In this document: in pieces, positions 23,664-35,400 of the stretch
Position numbering within the stretch: the first letter of the stretch is position 1
How the letters are laid out: every line of letters begins with the position of its first letter
Notes under the pieces: generated by a model
Databases searched by the model: none
What the model saw: the letters and a program-made list of their open reading frames with translations, nothing else
What the model was told of the DNA's origin: nothing
Source of the DNA: Mayamaea pseudoterrestris
Taxonomy: Eukaryota
Assembly: GCA_027923505.1 (NCBI GenBank)
Contig: BROI01000016.1
Location: forward strand, 620,001 to 684,000
Direction of reading: 5' to 3'
Length of the DNA stretch: 64,000 bases
Made by a program: the position numbers and the translations under genes

Positions 23664-25354
23664 ATGATATTACTATCAATACTTGTGATATTGTGTAAAA
23701 TCTGCGCTGTCGAGTCTCTTTCCACGCCGGCTGGAAACATCAAAGCGCCGTCACTGCTTCTCTCACCGAATCAACGAGCTCTGGCGAATGCTCCTCCCTT
23801 TCCTCGTACATGGGTTCCCTTGGCCTCTGTCTATGAATTGGACGGCGCGCGTCCAAACAAGGTTCAGTTTCTGGGTCAATCTTACGTCTGCTACCAGAAT
23901 GATTTGAGTGATGAAACCTCGTGGACTGTCGTTGACGATGCTTGTCCCCACAGACTCGCTCCATTGTCGGAAGGTAGAATCATCAACGTCGATTCAAATG
24001 GGAATGAAATAAAGCTAAATGATTTGAAGCAGCAGCAGCAAGGCTGCAGCGTGAATAGGCTCATTGAATGCTCCTACCATGGTTGGGCCTTTGACAAGGA
24101 TGGACGCTGCACTCGCATACCACAAGCGACAATTGAACTGCAGCAACGCACCATTAACAATAATTCAAAGTGTCACGTTCAAAGCTACTCGACGCACATT
24201 GTCAAAAACGTCATTTTCGCATGGCTATGGCCAGAGGACTGCTTGCAGTTTATGCAGGACGAGTGGCGGCAACCGGAACACATGCTGGCCAACCTTGGCG
24301 ATGAAACAACTACCTATACGAGAGACTTGCCGTATGGATGGGATACGTTGCTGGAAAACATTGTTGATCCGGCGTATGTGCCGTGGGTGAGTGAACATGA
24401 TTGAGTCTGCTGGCCTGCTTCGTATCCCTTGTCTCACGTGGTGTCATTTAATGTTCGTCTTTCTCTCAGGCCCACCATGGCATGCAAGGGACTCGCAACG
24501 ATGCCATTGCCATCAACATGACTACACCCAGCAACGTTTCGGAGCAAGGCTTTTCTTGCTGGTACCAGGACCGCACCATGGGTAAGTTGCGGTCCGGTGA
24601 CGGCTACTTTCGGGCGCCGTTTGTAAGCTCGTTCGAGGGAGAGTTTCAAACAACAACTACAGACGACAAGCCACTCTTCAACTTGACAACGATATTGATT
24701 CCGACGAAACCAGGTTGGAGCCGCATTATTATATACGGTGGGCCGGGATCGAGTGGGAAGCGAGCGGATACTGGCGAATCGACGAAAGTAACAAAGCAAA
24801 TGGAGAAAGCGAAAAAGAGAAAACGAAGCCTGTTCTTTCTAATCCTTTCCCGTCTGCCAACGTGGGTCATGCACCAGTTTAGCAGCCGATTTCTAGACAG
24901 CGACTTGGCATTCTTGCACTATCAGGAGCAGGAGCGAATGAAGCGCCAGGTGGATTTGGACGGTTACTGCATACCGGCTCCAGCGGACCGACGCATTGCG
25001 GCCATGCGAAAATGGATCACAAAATATGCGCACATTCCAAGCCTTGAAGCTGTGGCCGGTAAAACTGGCGCAGAGAAGCAATTAGCACTTGTTCTACCAG
25101 CATCACCTATGGATCGGAGCGTACTGTTTGATCACTGGTCACAGCACACGGACCAGTGTAAACACTGCCACAAAGCGCTTGATGGTATCAACACATGGAG
25201 ACGAAACACATTTGTCATCATGGGGATGAGTATGCTTGGAAAATTCTTGGCGGCCCGACTGGTCATTGTTGCTTGTCTGGCGGTGTTGCGCATGCTGTTT
25301 GTAGCGGAGCGTTCCATGACAAAGGGTGGCTTTGATCATTACAAGAATCACTAG
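23664..25354 (+). CDS. PaO/TIC55/PTC52-family Rieske non-heme iron oxygenase, copy 1 (intron 24387-24469)
   Basis: DACPHRLAPLSEGR and CSYHGW Rieske ligands; ENIVDPAYVPW|AHHG; RFLDSDL; C-terminal HTDQCKHC plus TM helix; signal peptide followed by L (VES-LS). Confidence 0.92.
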
Positions 25355-25772
25355 AAAATGACAATGCTGCATAAATTAATTGGACGTGAGCCAAGTGGGT
25401 GGTACCGGAATGGGCTGGACTGCTCTCAATCACATTTCGATCGGACCAAGTTGTAATGAGGCATAAAAGCTGTTCGTCACGCCGCCTCTTCGCGCGAACG
25501 GGAACTTGTTGTTGTTCCAGGTACCGGTACGGTGGTACATTTACCTCCACTGTTCGTCCGGCGGTGCGGCGAATACATGGGTCAACGGTCTACGGAGTTT
25601 GAAGGAGTACTGCATCCAGCCTTCAGAGATTTCGAGATCCAATTCATCGCACGGGGTGGCATCTCGAAAGCTATTTTAGGGACATATACAAACATTCACA
25701 ATGTAAAGAACCAAGCACGTCAGCATTCTATAGTCGCAGTATTGTCTAATCTATTAGCGAGCTTATAGCGAC

Positions 25773-26822
25773 TTAATACAGAGACCTCACGCCCACGGCA
25801 TCATATTGTTCACCTGGCATCTTGATGACATTGCCATCATCGTCAATGTATTCACTCTTCTTTTGTAGAATGAATCGCTCAAAGAACTTTGTCAATATGC
25901 GATCTGTTGTCAGGAACTCGACACTACTCCCTTGCTTTTTGGCGGCAAGAATTTTTGGCACCAGATCAGCCGCCACTTCTTCCGGTTGCGCCGCCAGCAC
26001 TCCAAACGGAAACTTGCGAAGCTCCGGTGTTGAATCGTCCAACAAAAGTTTAGTGAATACCATGCCCGGAGATAGACTGTGCACCATAATTTTGCCTGGT
26101 GTTTCGAGTTTTGGGAACCCTTGTACGCCCTCCTCAATCTCCTTGACTAAACTGGCAGTGAATTGCGGAATGCCTCGCTTGGTGGCGCCGTAGCACGCGT
26201 ACCCAGGTGTACCTCCGCCCTTGACGCCACTGCCAACCGTATTGAAAATGTGGCCCGTCTTGCCGGATTGCTGCCCCATGATATCCATGGCGACTTTGGT
26301 GCACAGAATGATTCCAATCAAGTTGACCCGGACGACGAGTTCCGCCTGCTCGAAGGAGACTTGCCGGAGATCGCGTCTTCCGCCATTAATTCCTGCATTG
26401 TTGACCCAATAGCCAATGGTTCCAAGCTTTTCCTTTGCAAATTTACCAAGTTTCAATACATCTTCCTTCTTTGAAACGTCACATTTTGTCGCAAACACCT
26501 TTCCGTTGGGATGTTTCGCCGTCAAGGACTTTTGAGCTGCGGAGCAGTCCTTGACGTCGCAAATGACAACGTCGTAACCTCGATCCAGAAACTCGGCGGC
26601 GTAGGCGTATCCTACGCCGCCGGCGGACCCAGTAATGACGACCCCACCGTCGGGCATGGCAGATATGGAGGTTGTTGTGGATGTTGCGCCACTATTTTTT
26701 GTAGCGCGCCATGAGCTCAGGGAGGTAAAAGCACTTGTCGAATACACGTTTAGAAGGAGGAAGATTAAAACAGATGACTGCATCGTAGTAAGTAGTATCG
26801 GTAGATGAATGATGTTCCTCAT
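25773..26822 (-). CDS. Short-chain dehydrogenase/reductase of the NYC1/NOL (chlorophyll b reductase-like) group, predicted plastid-targeted
   Basis: VVITGSAGGVG, WVNNAG, GHIFNTVGSG..GGGTPGYACYGATK (YxxxK) and VHSLSPGMVFTKLLL closely parallel NYC1/NOL motifs; signal peptide with STSA-F cleavage. Confidence 0.85.
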   Translation of the reverse strand: MRNIIHLPILLTTMQSSVLIFLLLNVYSTSAFTSLSSWRATKNSGATSTTTSISAMPDGGVVITGSAGGVGYAYAAEFLDRGYDVVICDVKDCSAAQKSLTAKHPNGKVFATKCDVSKKEDVLKLGKFAKEKLGTIGYWVNNAGINGGRRDLRQVSFEQAELVVRVNLIGIILCTKVAMDIMGQQSGKTGHIFNTVGSGVKGGGTPGYACYGATKRGIPQFTASLVKEIEEGVQGFPKLETPGKIMVHSLSPGMVFTKLLLDDSTPELRKFPFGVLAAQPEEVAADLVPKILAAKKQGSSVEFLTTDRILTKFFERFILQKKSEYIDDDGNVIKMPGEQYDAVGVRSLY

Positions 26823-27042
26823 TGCGTTTCAATTTTCAATCAGATCGCGAGTCGAGAGCCGCTCGATCAACTTCAACTTGGTCGAAACGGGGAGTGTCTG
26901 ACCGGTACAGCTATCAAAACCGGTAGGACGTTGCGCAGCGAAAGCGAGAGAGCATCAATCACACATCACGTTGGATTCCCATGTGGAAGTCTCCTGTTTA
27001 TGTTCTATATCCCGACGTTTCCAGCTTTCAATCATTTCCGTC

Positions 27043-28861
27043 ATGCTACTATTGACGCTATTGCTTCCATTATACGCCGCTGATGCGCTTTCCGTGTCCT
27101 CTGGAACGATTTCCAACCGCGTCACACCTCCAGCATCAACTTCAGCTCTATCACATAATCAAAAGGCTTTGGCGAACATGCCTCAATTTCCTCGCACATG
27201 GGTTCCCCTTGGATCAGTCTTTGAATTGGATGGCTCGCGTCCCAATAAAGTGGAATTCATGGGACAGTCCTACGTGTGCTACCAAAACGATCCAAAGGAT
27301 ACAAACTCATGGTCGGTGGTCGATGACGCTTGTCCCCATCGCCTGGCTCCTCTCTCGGAGGGACGAATCGTTCACGCCGACGCGAACGGAAACGAAATCA
27401 AACTCAAGGATTTACGAAAGCACCAAGACGACGCTGCCGTGACGAAACTGGTCGAGTGCGCCTACCACGGCTGGGCCTTTGACAAGCATGGCAAGTGCGT
27501 GCGCATTCCGCAGGCGACGTTGGAGCTGCAGCAGCGCACCATTCAGTCCAATCCAAAGAGTCACGTACAAGCATATTCGACGCAAGTGGTCAAAAATGTC
27601 ATTTTTGCATGGATTTGGCCGGAGGATTGTTTGCAGTTTACCGATGTCAGCGAAACATCCAATCAACACGCCTGGCGACAGCCGCAGCACATGCTGGCCA
27701 ATCTTGGCGGCGAAACAACGACTTATACGCGAGATTTGCCATACGGATGGGATACGCTACTGGAGAATATTGTCGACCCAGCGCATGTGCCATGGGTGAG
27801 TTGGAATAAATTACTTTGCGAGCGCCTATTGATTTGCTATTGCAATGACAACCTGCGACTAACAAGCTTCGCTCCTCTCCTATTCTTTCATTACAACATC
27901 ACAGGCCCACCATGGCTTGCAAGGCAGCCGCCAAGACTCGATTGCCATTAACATGACCACATCCAACAGCATGTCCGAGCAAGGTTTCAGCTACGAGTAC
28001 CAGGATCGCACACTGGGCATGCTTCGCGCCGGCTTTGGTCACTTTCGCGCGCCCTACGTTATATCCTACGAGGCGCAGTTTCAGCCCAAGGAAGATTTGC
28101 AGGAGGCGCGGCCGTTCAACCTAACGGCGGTCATGATTCCCACCAAGCCAGGATGGAGTCGCATTATCATTCACTCCGGCGCTGGAAGTCGAGGCTATCC
28201 AAAGAAGGAGGAAGAAGCAATGGCAGCAGTTTCGACGCAAGCGAAAAAGAAGAAGGACATGAAAACCAACTTGCTCTTTCTCATTGTTGCATTGTTACCA
28301 ACATGGTTGTCGCATCAGTTGAGCAATCGCTTCTTGGACAGCGACCTGGCCTTTTTGCACTACCAGGAGCAGGAGCGCTTGGTCAAGCGCCAGGTTGACT
28401 TTGACGGTTACTGCATGCCCGCGCCGGCGGACCGATGCATTGCGGCGCTCCGCAAGTGGATTCGGCAGTATGCGCACATTCCAACGACTCGCACCGTGGC
28501 TGGAGTGGATGACGCAAGAAGCAGTGGAGGCGGCAGTCGTGAACATGACGACCATGGTAGTGATGAGTCTGTTTCGTCGTCGTTTCAGCAGCCACTATTG
28601 CCCGAGTCGCCCTTGGACAAGAGTTTGCTGTTTGACCGCTGGTCGCAACATTCGGATCAATGCAAATATTGCCACGGCGCCTTGGATGGTGTTAAAGTGT
28701 GGAGACGAAACTCGTTGTTCGTCATGGCGGCGAGCGTGTTGCTGGCCAAGTTTACGTTGGCGCGAATAGCAGTGGTTGCCTGTCTGGCTGTTTTAAAAGT
28801 CTTGTCCATGGTGGAAAGTTCCATATTGAAGGGAGGTTTTGATCATTACAAGAACCACTAA
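27043..28861 (+). CDS. PaO/TIC55/PTC52-family Rieske oxygenase, copy 2 (intron 27796-27904)
   Basis: DACPHRLAPLSEGR, CAYHGW, ENIVDPAHVPW|AHHG, RFLDSDL, HSDQCKYC; signal peptide ADA-LS. Confidence 0.93.
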
Positions 28862-29360
28862 TCTGCAGTCGTTGAAAGAAACGCTTGTTTGTTGTACGTT
28901 GAAAGGCTCGCTGTCATGTGAAAATGAATGCTATTTTGAGGAAACTGAATGTTTAGTGTAAACTCCAACCTGTCACAAGTACAGTTTAAAAAATATATGA
29001 TTAAAATAAATGAGATAATTTTAGGTTACCAGCAATATCGCCGTTGCATTGCCGTGCTTTACATGGCATATGGCATCGTGCTAGCTGAATGCACGCCTTT
29101 GCCCTTTGCCGAAATGATCCGACCAGAGCGCGAGCGCAGGAAAGCTCGCTATTACCTGGATCCGAAGCGCCGTGGCAAGTCCACGATGCGCAATCCATCA
29201 TCTGGCTCTCAAGTGAACCATCGAAGATCGTATGTCCCGCGAGCGTAGTAATTTGGATCTCTACCATAAGGTCAAACTTGATAAGTTACTGCACCTGGTC
29301 CAAATTTGGAACTCATTACTAACTAACTGCAACGATCATAGAGTCAAATCAGAATTCGAA

Positions 29361-31802
29361 ATGGTTGCATCTTCACTAATGCCAAGCATTTGCACTTCGT
29401 CTGGTTCACCTCTTCGTCGACTGCTGTTCCTTCTCGTCTTGTCGCTGGCGGCGCAGGCGCACTGCTTTCTGGCGTCTCCGTCGTCACCAAATAAGACTCC
29501 CGCTTTTTTGAAACGAACCTATCGAGGAGGCGAACTTGATGGCAGTCACTTGAAGCAAGCAGCAGCAGCTGCTACATCTTTGAACGAGCAGCCATCGGAT
29601 GGAACGGTTTCTCCTTCTTCTTCCTCATCATCTACTGCTATTCAGCATCAACAGCATCCGCTCGTCTACGATCCAATTCCACTGGACGACAAGACTAACA
29701 GTAGCAGCATGACGCTGGACGACTACAAGCAGCAATACCAAGAATCCATTCACAATCCAGGCGCCTACTGGAGCAACATTGCCAATCGCCTCATTGACTG
29801 GGACCAAACATTCACAACGAGTCTCACTGGCAACTTGCACGATGGAAACGTGGAATGGTTCGCCGATGGCACACTCAACGTTTGCTACAATGCCGTGGAC
29901 CGGCATGCCTTTAAAACGCCAGACAAGGTCGCCCTGCTGTGGGAGGGCGACGAGCCACACCAAATGCGCCAAATTTCCTACTTGGAGCTCCAGCAAAGGG
30001 TTTCACAAATTGCCAATGCGCTTGCCGCGCAAGGCGTCAAACAAGGCGACGTGGTCACCATTTACATGCCCATGGTGCCCGAGCTTCCAATGACCATGCT
30101 GGCCTGCGCTCGACTAGGCGCAGTACACTCGGTTGTTTTTGCCGGCTTTTCCGCCGATGCCTTGGCGGCGCGCGTCGTTGCATCAAACAGCAAGCACTTG
30201 GTCACGGCCAATCATGGCAAGCGCGCAAGCAAGACGATTCAATTGCTGGAGATTGTCGAGGCGGCGGTGCGCAAAGCGAATCATGTCGTTCAAGCAGTCT
30301 TGGTGTGGGACCATGGACTCGCGAGTGGTTTGGAAGCGTCGTACGTTCCTGCTGCCACTGACAATAATGGCGCAACAGCAACTGCTACTACCGACACCAA
30401 ATATGTGAACATGGATGCACTCGTCAAGGAACAATCGACAGACTGTCCGCCCGTGTCGCGCCGCGCGGAGGATCCACTCTTTATTCTCTACACGTCCGGC
30501 AGCACGGGGCAGCCAAAGGGATTGGTGCACACGACGGGTGGCTACTCCGTCTATGCGGCGCACACGACGCAAACCACCTTTGCACTGGATCCTTTGACTG
30601 ACACTTTTGCCTGCGTGGCGGACTGCGGCTGGATCACGGGTCACTCGTACGTTGTCTACGGTCCGCTGCTGCTGGGTGCCACTTCATTCTTGTTCGAGTC
30701 GACGCCACTGTATCCCAATCCCGGTCGATACTGGGACATGGTGCAGCGCCACAAGCTGACGCATTTTTACACGGCGCCAACAGCCATTCGGTCATTGATG
30801 CAGCATGGAAGCGAGATTCCGCAACAATATGACTTGTCGTCGCTAAAAGTCCTTGGGACGGTGGGTGAACCGATTAATCCGGAAGCATGGCGGTGGTACA
30901 ATGAGTTCATTGGTCGCTCCAAGTGTACCATTGTCGACACGTACTGGCAGACGGAGACTGGTGGTCATATACGTGAGTATCAAATGATTGTTGATGTGTG
31001 CTGGCGTCGTGTGTGTCTTGATCTTGTCGTTTGCCAACTTACAATGGTTGTACAATCGCCCTCACACTGTATATTTTGCCCAGTGTCAAACCTGCCTGGT
31101 TGCACTCCAATGAAGCCTGGTAGCTGCACATTGCCCTTGTTTGGTATTGACGCTGTCGTATTGGATGCGCAATCGGGTCAGGTCATTGACGTGCCTACCG
31201 AAAGCAACGACAGCCTTGGTTCCGTGGAAGGCGTACTGGCGATTCGCCAACCGTGGCCTGGCATGGCGCGCACCTGCTTGAACGACCATGAGCGATTCAT
31301 GACTGTTTACTTGAAGCCGTATCCTGGTTACTACTTTACCGGTGACGCCGTGACAAAGGACCAGGACGGCTACCACTTTATCACTGGTCGCGTCGACGAT
31401 GTCTTGAACGTATCAGGTCATCGGATTGGAACGGCAGAAGTCGAAAGTGCCTTGGTGTTGCATCCATCCGTCGCCCAAGCCGCCGTGGTTGGAACGCCAC
31501 ACCCCATCAAGGGAGAAGCCATTGTCGGCTTTTGCATGCTTGACGTGACGGCGCAGGAGACGGATACCTTGATCAAGGAACTGGTACAGCAAATTCGCTC
31601 CGAGATTGGTGCATTCGCCAGCCCCGACAAGCTTTACATTGTGCCAACCTTACCCATGACGCGGTCCGGCAAGATTATGCGACGCATTCTGCGCAAGATT
31701 GTCGCCGGTGAAGCGGATCAGTTGGGTGACACTAGTACTCTGGCGGATTCAACCATTGTCGAAACGCTCATTGAAATGGTGCAAAACGATTTTGCAAAGT
31801 AA
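29361..31802 (+). CDS. ACS: AMP-forming acetyl-CoA synthetase, predicted plastid-targeted (intron 30973-31083)
   Basis: LYTSGSTGQPKG, TVGEPINP, DTYWQTETGG, GRVDDV, PMTRSGKIMRR. Removing the 111-nt GT-AG intron gives GGHILSNLPG. Signal peptide ending AHC-F. Confidence 0.95.
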   Translation: MVASSLMPSICTSSGSPLRRLLFLLVLSLAAQAHCFLASPSSPNKTPAFLKRTYRGGELDGSHLKQAAAAATSLNEQPSDGTVSPSSSSSSTAIQHQQHPLVYDPIPLDDKTNSSSMTLDDYKQQYQESIHNPGAYWSNIANRLIDWDQTFTTSLTGNLHDGNVEWFADGTLNVCYNAVDRHAFKTPDKVALLWEGDEPHQMRQISYLELQQRVSQIANALAAQGVKQGDVVTIYMPMVPELPMTMLACARLGAVHSVVFAGFSADALAARVVASNSKHLVTANHGKRASKTIQLLEIVEAAVRKANHVVQAVLVWDHGLASGLEASYVPAATDNNGATATATTDTKYVNMDALVKEQSTDCPPVSRRAEDPLFILYTSGSTGQPKGLVHTTGGYSVYAAHTTQTTFALDPLTDTFACVADCGWITGHSYVVYGPLLLGATSFLFESTPLYPNPGRYWDMVQRHKLTHFYTAPTAIRSLMQHGSEIPQQYDLSSLKVLGTVGEPINPEAWRWYNEFIGRSKCTIVDTYWQTETGGHIREYQMIVDVCWRRVCLDLVVCQLTMVVQSPSHCIFCPVSNLPGCTPMKPGSCTLPLFGIDAVVLDAQSGQVIDVPTESNDSLGSVEGVLAIRQPWPGMARTCLNDHERFMTVYLKPYPGYYFTGDAVTKDQDGYHFITGRVDDVLNVSGHRIGTAEVESALVLHPSVAQAAVVGTPHPIKGEAIVGFCMLDVTAQETDTLIKELVQQIRSEIGAFASPDKLYIVPTLPMTRSGKIMRRILRKIVAGEADQLGDTSTLADSTIVETLIEMVQNDFAK

Positions 31803-31874
31803 ACTGCTGAGTTTAATGAGCTAACAATTGTTATTATCTTATATTTATATTGGTTTATTGTCATTGATTTATGG

Positions 31875-32262
31875 TTAGCTTGATCTGGGCATACGCATGG
31901 CTTGAGGTATGGGCCCTTGAAAATTCCGGCATCTGCTGGCCGAGACTGGTGACAAGTTGTCACCAATCAAATTGCATTCTATGAGAGACCAGCCAGGCAA
32001 ATAATCTTGTAGCGCACCTGAAATAAGGATGTTAGCACCATTCTGTCTTGATCTGGGCATACTCATGGCTCTAGGAATGGGCATTTAAAATTTACTGCAT
32101 CTGCTGGCTGAAAATGGTGACAAGTTGTCACTAATCACATTGCAGTCCACTGAGGGACCAGCCAGGCAATGCATCTTGTAGCGCACCTAAAATGAGGATG
32201 TCACACCATTCTGGTGTATTTTGGGCACCTACAGGGCTCAAGGTATGGGCATATGAAAAGCA
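31875..32262 (-). repeat. About 2.3 diverged, inverted monomers of the 169-bp satellite A
   Basis: Contains CTGGTGACAAGTTGTCACCA, ATCTTGTAGCGCA and CACCATTCTG at ~168-169 bp spacing, the reverse complement of the 54.2-59.0 kb array. Confidence 0.9.
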
Positions 32263-32476
32263 TGCTGGACGATCTACTTATAATACCGCTACGACGCCTC
32301 TTCTTGGCCGCTTCGACCACACGACGAGACCTTGAGTTTCTGCCATTACATCCATCACTCCTCCTCCTCCTCTTGATCCTGTCCCATACATCTTCAGGTT
32401 TGCGCATCTATCTACTGTATTATAAATTTGAGCGCGCGAAGGAAAATTTGCATCAAAAATATCAAGCGATAGACGC

Positions 32477-35400
32477 ATGAGGCGACACTTTCGCAGGCAA
32501 AAGAAAGCGACGACTCGAGAAACACAGCCATCAGCGGACGCGGCAAGCAATAGTATGTCTACTACTACCAGCAATCTACTATCCGCGCAAACCGTGGCAA
32601 GCCTTCCTCCTCCGGGACTCTCTGGTCCGTCGCAGGCCGTCTGGAGTCCAGAGTCGAGTCGCTACTTGTGCTACGTGAGCAGCAACGTGCAGTCCGTCCA
32701 GCAAGTTTTGGCGGCGCCTGCCTTGTATCAACCATTGACGGGAGCGTCTAACAATAACAGCAATAACAATATTCCACTCGTCACGACCGCGACAACGACG
32801 GAGCGAACCTTGCTATACTTGGACATGGAGTCGGAAACTCTGGCGCCGCAACCGCTGCTGCACTTTGGCGACAACGCAAGCTCCAGCAATAGCAACAAGC
32901 GATCACTGGAGCAGCCGCAGCAACCAGCAGCAGCAGTTACAATGAAGAATAACAGTAGTAACACTCAATCCAAAGACAGCAACGACAATAATGAATGCTT
33001 GCAGGAGAAACTCCAGCGGGAGCGGCAGCGACGCGGTTCCGGCAGCTCACTCACGCAGTTTGACTGGGTCTGGCACGCACCAAGCCATTGCTATCGACTG
33101 CTCGTTCCAGTCAAGGGTAGTCTGTACATACAAGACGGACTTGGCGGCGGCAAAACGAAGAGCAGCAATGGTAAAAGCAATGGCAATAGCAGCAGCAATT
33201 CACACTCGCAAACTGCATCATCCGCAGCCTACTGCATACACGACAAGTCGCTTTCTCACAGTGCACTGGATGCGCAACTATCGCCCGACGCTACCATGGT
33301 CGTTTGGAACTGCAACGGGGAAGTATACGCCAAGTCTGCCACGTCCAGTCCACGTGATGCAGCCATACAGTTAACCTTTGGTGCAACCTGCAATAACAAT
33401 ACGAACAATACGAACCATCAGACTGCTACAGCTACAAACGCCACTTGCATTAGTCACGGCGTGGCCGACTTTGTGGCGCAAGAGGAAATGGACCGCTACA
33501 CTGGCACCTGGTGGTCGCCCACCAGTGACGGACTGTTGATTACGCGGGTTGATGAAACGCTCGTGCCAGTCTTTCGCATTGTGCACTATCCGAGTACAAC
33601 CTTGACAAGTACAAGTTTGATGCAAACAGTATCGTCAAATGGAAACAGCAGCAGCAATGGCAGTAATATTACGACCGAGCCACCGGTGCATCAGTTTGAG
33701 GACCATCGATACCCCTTTGCTGGCAAGAAGAATCCAGTCGTGCGACTGGCATACATCAAAGTGAATGGCATTTGCGGCGCGACGGCGGAAGCGAAAGTAG
33801 CATCAAGCAATGGCGGCGAGCAGCAACAACCAACCTCCAACGAAACTAATGCAGCGCAAGTAGCAGCAACGCAACACTGGAAGGAGGCAATATGGTTCGA
33901 CGCGCCGCGCGAAGCTTCGGAATACTTGTGCCGGGTCCACTGGCTGCCAAACGGCAAGACGGTTGTGACGCAGTGGCAGAATCGAGCGCAAAACGTATCC
34001 GTCTTGTACAAGATGGACGTTGCAACGGGCAGGAGCAAGACATTGCTGGTGGAGCGATCGGAGCATTGGATCAATCTACATCACATGTTTCAGTTTGTAA
34101 ATCCACCAATACATCCAGACGAGTGCTCCGATTTGGAAGGGAATACTCCGCCGTTACCAAAGACTCTGCCGGAAGGCAGTTTTTCTTTCTTATTCGCAAG
34201 CGAACGAACCGGATACTTGCATCTTTATCTGTATACATATGTGCCGAAGTTTAACGGTGATCAGGCTATATTGCTACGAGCTGTCACTTCGGGCGACTGG
34301 GTGGTCGAACATATAGCTGGAGTCAATTGTAATATAGACACAGTCTATGTCACTGGCACGTTGGACTCTGCGCTGGAGCGGCACTTGTATGCAGTGCCAT
34401 TGACTAATGGTGCACAAATACATGATGGTGGTGGCGACGATGATGTTGACGACGACGATGACGAAATGATGCACGATACGTGCGAAACGTTCACATCTCC
34501 CAATGGCGTGCGAAAGAGTTTGAACAAAGTAATGAATGTGTTCAGTAGTGGGAAAGTCAAAAATGGATCGACTGCAAGAATGAACGGCAAGGCTTGTCGC
34601 AAGCGACCATTGCGCTTGACGGCGAAAAGTGGAATGCACAGCATTGCCATGGACGACAACTGTCGATACTTTTTGGACACTCACAGCGATTTGGATAGAC
34701 CTCCGTCGGTGCACTTGTACGAATTTATGGAAGGAAATGTTGTCAAGCTTGTCAAAACCTTGTTTGATGCCGAAAAAGACGACAAGGCGCTTTCTCTTTT
34801 GAACGGCACTGCTAGCGGCACAAAATTGCCACAACAAATGCAAGCGCTACTACCAGCTCCAGAGATCTTTTCCTTTCCAACGGCGGATGGTTTTGAAACG
34901 TTGTATGCAGCGCTATATCGGCCAGACGCACAAATACATGGGCCAGGACCCTATCCACTTATTTGCGCAGTCTATGGCGGCCCGCATGTTCAACGTGTCA
35001 ATCGATCATGGACCCAGAGCGCCGACATGCGGGCGCAGCGTCTTCGGAACCTTGGTTTTTGCGTCCTCAAGTGCGACAATCGCGGATCAAGTCGCCGCGG
35101 ATTGGCCTTTGAAAGCGCCATTGCCAAAGGTCTTGGCCGCGTTGAAGTGCTGGATCAAGTCGCTGCTGTGCAGCAGTTGATTATCCGAGGCATTGCCGAT
35201 TCATCGCGCGTTGGCATTTATGGCTGGTCCTACGGTGGCTATCTCGCCGCCATGTGCCTCTTTCGCGCCCCCGACGTGTTTCATGCCGCCGTCGCTGGCG
35301 CGCCAGTGACAAGCTGGGATGGCTACGACACACATTACACGGAGCGCTACATGGGCTTGCCTTGCGACAATCCATCCGGCTACCAAGAGTCGGCAGTCTT

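Noticed and set aside
25773..26822. Calling the SDR a true chlorophyll b reductase and the Rieske genes true PaO or CAO
   Set aside because: Motifs support the family only; diatoms lack chlorophyll b and substrate cannot be read from sequence.
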